Notes under the pieces: model-generated
What the model was told of the DNA's origin: nothing
What the model saw: the letters and a program-made list of their open reading frames with translations, nothing else
The model's database searches: none
Source of the DNA: Ancylonema sp.
Lineage: Eukaryota
Direction: 5' to 3'
DNA: 20,000 nucleotides
NCBI GenBank assembly: GCA_050230475.1
Contig: JBFLGF010000073.1
Coordinates: 48,749-68,748 of the forward strand
Translations under genes and position numbers: made by a program
Shown: positions 14,281-20,000 of the stretch, piece after piece
Layout of the letters: every line of letters starts with the position of its first letter
Position numbering within the stretch: the stretch's first letter is position 1

Positions 14281-15349
14281 TTTATTCGCTTGCTACGAGT
14301 TAGGCCTCTACAGCATTGTCGTGCCATTTAAAATAGTATCATGTTCCCACGTGCGAATCATTTGGTAAAACGAACATTTTTATAATGTGTACCTCATACG
14401 TGCGACTTACGTTATATACATATGAACTGTCTACATATGAATCATGACCTCTTCGAGATCCGCCACACACACGTGCGCGATAGTATATACCATTGCACAA
14501 CACACTATGCAAGCCTACTGCATGGCAAATACTGTTTTATAGTCTACCTTTGACAAGGCGTTGCCGTCGGCTTGAGCGTAGAGTGCTCGAAGCTTATAAA
14601 TTGTATGATGATGTAATGCACAATCGATCGATGACTGAAATCTATTCACAACGAAGGAAATGCGAGCCGAACACAAAGACAATTTACACAAAGAATGTGG
14701 TCAATTAATCAGCGGTTCCCGAGGTGTGATAAGACCGATTAAGGTCATGATCACAAAGATTACACAATGTATAGACCTCAACTAGTGGATTACGCTAGTA
14801 GCAAGGAAGCTACCTAATCCTGCCGTATCTACTTGCAGCGCTGGCTTAGCCGACTCAGCTAGCCGACTTACTAGCTAATCCACTCATAGACGAGTACGCC
14901 AGGGCAGACGTCGCCACACCCTCTACTCTAGCTGAGTGGACGTGAAACGGGTACTGTAGTAGTGCTGAACGCTCGCAGTCACTGACCAATATCCACATGA
15001 GTTACAAAGCTACCTTTCGCGCCTTGTCGCATCCCCGTAAACTTATGTTAACTTACGACGCCTCTAACGCGGTGCGATTATTGCTAGGCGCTGAATTAAG
15101 AACTTGTATGCTTGTCCTAAAGCCCTCTGGTAATGCAGTTTTCAGTAAATTCCGTCTTTAGTGCTGATGATGGTGCCGTAGGTGGCGAAACAATCATACC
15201 GTTCGTATTATCTACGGCCTTAGATTCTATTCGAGCCGCTAATGACAAATACGTCCGAGGGACACGTGTTACACGACTCATGATCGTGAAATATCCATGT
15301 GCATACCAAATATGAAATAAGGGCGTGAATACCCGCCCCCGCACCATTT

Positions 15350-15490
15350 CATTGTATAGGCACATCCACCATATGGGCATCTTCACCGTATAGGTCCGAT
15401 CACCGCATAAGCACTTTCGCCGTGTAAGCGCATGCATTGTGTAGGCATCTTCACCGTATAGGCCCTAATAAATCACCACATAAGCACACA
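15350..15490. repeat. Degenerate 17-bp minisatellite, 8 units (consensus ~CACCGTATAGGCACNTT)
   Basis: Units: cattgtataggcacatc / caccatatgggcatctt / caccgtataggtccgat / caccgcataagcacttt / cgccgtgtaagcgcatg / cattgtgtaggcatctt / caccgtataggccctaataaat / caccacataagcacaca. Confidence 0.8.
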
Positions 15491-16469
15491 ACCGAATATT
15501 GTCGGACAACATAACTTTGGCTATACCCAACAAGGGCCCACTTGACAAGTTGATTGGCACAAATCGGGCCCCCGTTGGACCCGAGAACTATCGTAAGTTG
15601 GCGTTACGTTGAAGTTCGGGCCCAACTGGGGCCTAGAACATTTTGTTAAAATTATGATGAAGCCCAAGCAACAATGACTTCAGGACTTGGCACGGAAGCG
15701 GACTGGTCCCCATGCTAATTGAATAAGCATCAATTTGCCTCTAGGATCATGTAGGCCATTGTGGGTCTACAAGTACAATATATAGCATCTATAGAGTGAG
15801 TGAGCAATAGAATTGCGTTCTGCATCAACACGCATCCTCATGCACATCATCACGTTAAGTTGCATCACATGTAAACTAATGTACATTTACATGATGTCGT
15901 TGAGCGACACTCTCTTTATACGAGAAGCATGCATAGTCGTTATACTGGGCATTGACATGTGCTATGCTCAGGATACTGTAGTGCGTCAATCCTTATTGGA
16001 GGCACGAATATAACCTTGGTCGACAAAATGCGATTAAGTTTATGTAAGCGAACTCTCTAAATGAATCGCCGTTGTAGATTGTCAAATTGGCAATCTTGTG
16101 TTGTTATGCACGCTTTGCGACTCGTGCTTCTCTATCTTGCTCCTTCACCTACTTAGAACCCGATAATTGTGCTGATGTGCTAACGATAAAGAAAGAAGAA
16201 AGGAAATCCTCCTCCCAATGCTACACCTGTCCCAAATCATGGATGGCCTTACTTGCCACAACCCCAATTCATTGCTATGTACACGCTACATTGCGCTAAT
16301 GACAGCAACGTCAATCTCAGAATTTCATCAACCCACGCAGTATTCTAAAAATTGTTCCACGAGCGCTGCGAAGTTATCACTTGCGGACGGCGGACGACAC
16401 ACCAACCGACCATGCTTGCTTCTAAGAGCAGTTACAGAACCCTATTGACGGATGGCGAGGAGGTGTGAG

Positions 16470-19400
16470 CTATGAAGGTAAGGAGTGGGCTGCGATTCGC
16501 CGCCTCTCGGGCTGCGGTTGGGATTGCACTCCGATGACGTCTTGAGGGTTGACGGTCATGTCATGGCTGCATGCATCCCTCCCTCCATTATTCCACGTAG
16601 ACCAAACCCCGAATCCATGTTCACACAACATGGTGGAACGGTTCTGAACAGTCTGGAATTTGAACGGAATTGTGCACATCGAGGGTGTTGAAAAAACAAA
16701 GGTGTTGTAAAGAAGCTGTATTGGGGACTTTTGAGAGAGTGATAAAGAGTTTTTATCATCATTTTTGTTTTTTGTTTTTATTATTATTACTATTGTTATT
16801 ATTGTCGTTCTTATTATTATTATTATTACTATTATTATTGATTATCGATTTCCTATCATCTTTGGGGTGATCAAAATTGAAACCAGCGATCTGCACAGCG
16901 GCCCTGACCCGGGGTCCTTATCCCAAACCGGCAACTTACGCAGAACCGAGGATGTGTTCTACTATGCCACCCACACCCACCCAACCATTCTCCCCGCTCT
17001 CCCCATCCCCAAACTCACTCGAGGACAAAATCTGGGATGAAGAGCTGGTCTCGCGGGACAAACCGGAAGAGCTCCAAGAGCCGGTTCACAAACCGCACCT
17101 TCTTCCACACCTGACCCCCCACACGACCCCACCGACTCAGTGCCCGCACACACACACACATGCTGCCCCCCCCCCCTGCCACCTGTCTTACCACGGGATC
17201 CACCAGCATCTGTGCCGTAAACACTGCCACCTGTGCGCCCATCGAGGGGTGGACCACATAGAAAGCCTGCAGTCATACCCGCCCCCCAACCGAACCCCGC
17301 TCACCCTGTGCCTCCCCATCCCGACGGGATCCCTGCCCAGCGCAACCGACGTGCAAATTGTGGCGGTGCTTGCGACCCAGGCCTTGGTGGAGGCGTTTCA
17401 GCCAACCGAAGTCGGGATTCCTGAACCCCAAACGGCCACGTCATCGCCACCTGTACAATCCTCACTGGGCCCCCCAAAACAGAGCGTACCGACAACCCCG
17501 TAGAGCATAGTGCGCCCGGGTACTTTTGTCCGAATTCGAAAGCCTATGTGCTTACAAGGAGTGTGTGCTTACGGAGGGAGGCGGGTGGCTGCGTGGAAGT
17601 ACACCACGGTATAGGGACGATTGATGAGCTGGTTGAATTCCTGCACCCCCCCCCCCCCAATGGAGAGGCTGGACCGCATGAGCCACGTCCCACATGCAGC
17701 GTGCAGCGGTGGAAGGGGGGGGGCGGGGGGGCAGCTCACCCTCACGGCGAAGAGCACCCATCGGTTGAGGTCCATAGCCCGTGCCAGAAAGTGCCCCCCC
17801 ACTAACACCACTACGGGGAGGCCCTCTGTGTCCACCCCTCCCCGGTACAAGCTCTTCGTTTCCGCGATGTCGGTGAGGGCCAGAGCAGAGGCTCTCGCCA
17901 GGTAGCGCGCGTGCAGAGAGTCTTCCTCGGCAGGCGTCAGCGGAGCCCCCACCAGCCCCCTGAACCCCAGGCACTGGGCGACTGTCGACCCAGCCTGCGC
18001 TGCTGCCGCCCGCTCCCACTGCTCCTGACGCCGCAGATCCGGGTCCCGCATCATGGCCAGGAATGCGGGGTCCTCCAGGCTGTCCACTGACGGCGCGTCA
18101 GACCTGGTCCCAGATGATGGGAGCACTTTGGGAGGTTACGCACATGCATGCATGCGTGCGTATACAGTTGCATGATCACATACACACATACATGCGCATA
18201 TGTTCATGTGATTATGTGGTCACATGCATAAACTAACATACATGTGATGACGTACTCACTCAAGTACTCACATACATAGAAAGACATCTACGTATACACA
18301 CACAACATAAAGACACATACGTAGACAGACTTGTATGTATATATATACAGCATAAAAAATACATGCATAGACATACATAGACATACATGGACATACATAC
18401 ATAGGTATACACAGGTATACACACAGCATGAAGACACATCCTGATATCAACATACAGATGCTCTCATACGACCATAAAAGTAAGGTGGTGTACGCGTGCA
18501 CAGGAGCCCACCTGATGGGCGGGTACTGAGACAGAGTGCGTCGACTGCGACTGGGCCCCGCCCAGTCGCTCAAGGGGCTGCCAGCACTTTCACGCGGGCT
18601 GCTGGCAGCAGAGGCCCCGGGAAGCGGAGCGATTCGAATCGCACGCTCCTCGTGGACGGTCTCCCCGTTCTCGTCGCACCTCTCCCCCGCTAGGGACTGG
18701 TGGGACCCACCCTCCTCGGCTGGGGAGCGAGGGAAGTAGAGGAGGAGCAGTCTGGGGGGGGGGGGGGGGGCAGAGGGGGGAGGCAAGAAGGACTCTCAAA
18801 AACCCCGAAAACGATTGTAAGATTCATGAAGGAAATACGTGGCCATCCCCGTTTTTGTTCGTTTTGGGACCTGAGGTAGATGTCGAGGTCAGCGGGCGTG
18901 GCCAGACAGAACACCACGCTCGATACCCGCTCCCTGTGCCTCTCCAGGAACCGCCGAACAGTGCCTGCCAGAAGGGGTAGGGGAGGAATGGTTGGACTGA
19001 CCCGAACCTCGACGGGACACCTCATCCATATCTACATCTGGTAGACCAGACACCAACGTGTGGACCCACCAAAATATCCCTCAGAGCGGCTGATTCACAA
19101 TGTGGGAACCAGTTTCATGGAGCCAGTTCACGGTAGAAATGATGACTCTGTGTCAGATTGTCTGGTTTCACACACACATACACCTGATACAACCGTGCTC
19201 CTGCGTGCATTTCCCTGAGGCATAAGTTGCGCAGGATTCTGCTCCCCTCCCCTCCCCCCAACCCCACTCACGCAGAGCTATGTGCGCTCCACGCTCTCGG
19301 GGGAAGCCCTTGGCCTCCGTGTAAACGCACCCAAAAGCGACACTGCCATGTCCTACTCCACAAGTGAGGAGGAGGAGGAGGAAGAGGAGGAGGAGGAGGA

Positions 19401-19718
19401 GGATTTTACCTGGTGAGGTGGTTTTCTAGGCACAGTTCCAAGGTGTGGCGGTAGCACTGGCTCAGGGCGTTCTCTGCTGCCGTCCGGTAGTGAGGGAGGT
19501 AGCGCGGACCCACAGTGTGAATCACGCGTCTGAATGGGACAACGGGAGGGACTGGAGGATTTGCTGAGGATCGATTTCAAGTTGAGTACAGGGGCAGCAG
19601 GAGGAGTGGTAGGCAGGAGGAGTGGCAGAGGGTTCGGCATTTTGCCCTCGAGGTTGGCGTACCTGGCTGGCAAATCATAGGCGCTCGTGGCTTTTGCCAG
19701 ACCAGTCTTGCAAGTGCC
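16470..19718 (-). CDS. GDAP2: GDAP2-like protein (macrodomain / Appr-1-p processing domain + CRAL-TRIO/Sec14 domain), 5' partial
   Basis: Phase-consistent exons: 19718-19663 (GTCKTGLAKATSAYDLPAR), 19529-19410 (RVIHTVGPRY..YRTAAENALSQCYRHTLEL), 19342-19272 (VAFGCVYTEAKGFPRERGAHIALR), 18964-18871 (TVRRFLE..VVFC), 18751-~18512 (LYFPRS..DENGE..ERAIRI), ~18103-17740 (DPAFLAMMRDPD..LYRGGVDTEGLPVVVLVG), 17640-17573 (PYTVVYFH), 17420-17351 (PDFGWLKRLHQGLGRKHRHNL), 17266-17192 (FYVVHPS), 17110-17019 (VWKKVRFV..IPDFVL) and 16566-16470 (HDMTVN..*). These match plant GDAP2 homologues as recalled. The 5' exons were not identified and probably extend beyond the window. Confidence 0.93.
16777..16845. repeat. 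(ATT)n microsatellite in the last GDAP2 intron
   Basis: Imperfect att/tta array, which yields spurious poly-Leu and poly-Ile ORFs. Confidence 0.9.
18140..18450. repeat. Degenerate (CATA)n/(CA)n low-complexity tract in a GDAP2 intron
   Basis: cata/caca runs. On the sense strand this is the same TATG-type tract as in DVR intron 3. Confidence 0.8.
19366..19402. repeat. (GAG)n microsatellite filling much of a 67-nt GDAP2 intron
   Basis: gaggaggag run inside intron 19343-19409. Confidence 0.9.
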
Positions 19719-19820
19719 CTGCAATGAGCGGTTTCACGGTTTCACTGCTGAGTTCGCAAATGTAGACACGTTCACAGTGAGTGGCCTCCATGGCCAAAAT
19801 GGATGACAGCAAAAATGTTG

Positions 19821-19851
19821 AATGCACAATGCACAATGCACAATGCACAAT
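19821..19851. repeat. 7-bp tandem repeat (AATGCAC)x4
   Basis: aatgcac aatgcac aatgcac aatgcac aat, visible directly. Confidence 0.88.
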
Positions 19852-20000
19852 CAGGGTGTGTAGTGAAGGGTGACCGACATACTGCAGCTAGACCATGATT
19901 TTGCCACCTAGATTCCTGAGAAAAATATGGCGAAGTTTTCCAAAAAAACAAAAAAACCAAAATACCAAAAAAACAAAACAAAAAAACCAAAAATAGAATA

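Noticed and set aside
15350..15490. Repeat array as a CRISPR-like locus
   Set aside because: The units are contiguous and degenerate, with no unique spacers and no cas genes, in a eukaryotic context.
16877..17503. 208-aa + strand ORF
   Set aside because: It is antisense to well-supported GDAP2 exons and introns and low in complexity.
19772..19990. 72-aa minus-strand ORF as the GDAP2 start
   Set aside because: It is mostly translated T-rich low-complexity sequence and the AATGCAC repeat. No convincing macrodomain motif could be assigned.

Overview
This is eukaryotic, intron-containing nuclear DNA from the green-plant lineage, probably a streptophyte alga or early land plant (inferred from plant-type proteins with transit peptides and short GT-AG introns). 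It holds four spliced protein-coding loci. (1) + strand 446-4517: divinyl (proto)chlorophyllide 8-vinyl reductase (DVR/PCB2). Exons 4-5 carry many small deletions and exon 6 has a frameshift. Bases 1-385 are an exact copy of part of its intron 3 and lie just before a single N. (2) - strand 4997-7356: an unrecognised 4-exon gene (~675 aa) with a small N-terminal domain, a long low-complexity tail and E2F-like sites upstream. (3) - strand 9818-13486: plastid L-aspartate oxidase (8 exons, 723 aa). (4) - strand 16470->19718: a GDAP2-like macrodomain + CRAL-TRIO protein whose 5' exons were not identified. The intergenic DNA has a MITE-like inverted-repeat element, a degenerate 17-bp minisatellite and possible decayed exons. 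I found no convincing novel biological system. The best leads are the orphan gene, the damaged or duplicated DVR locus (likely partly an assembly artefact) and the G-rich 3' splice sites.
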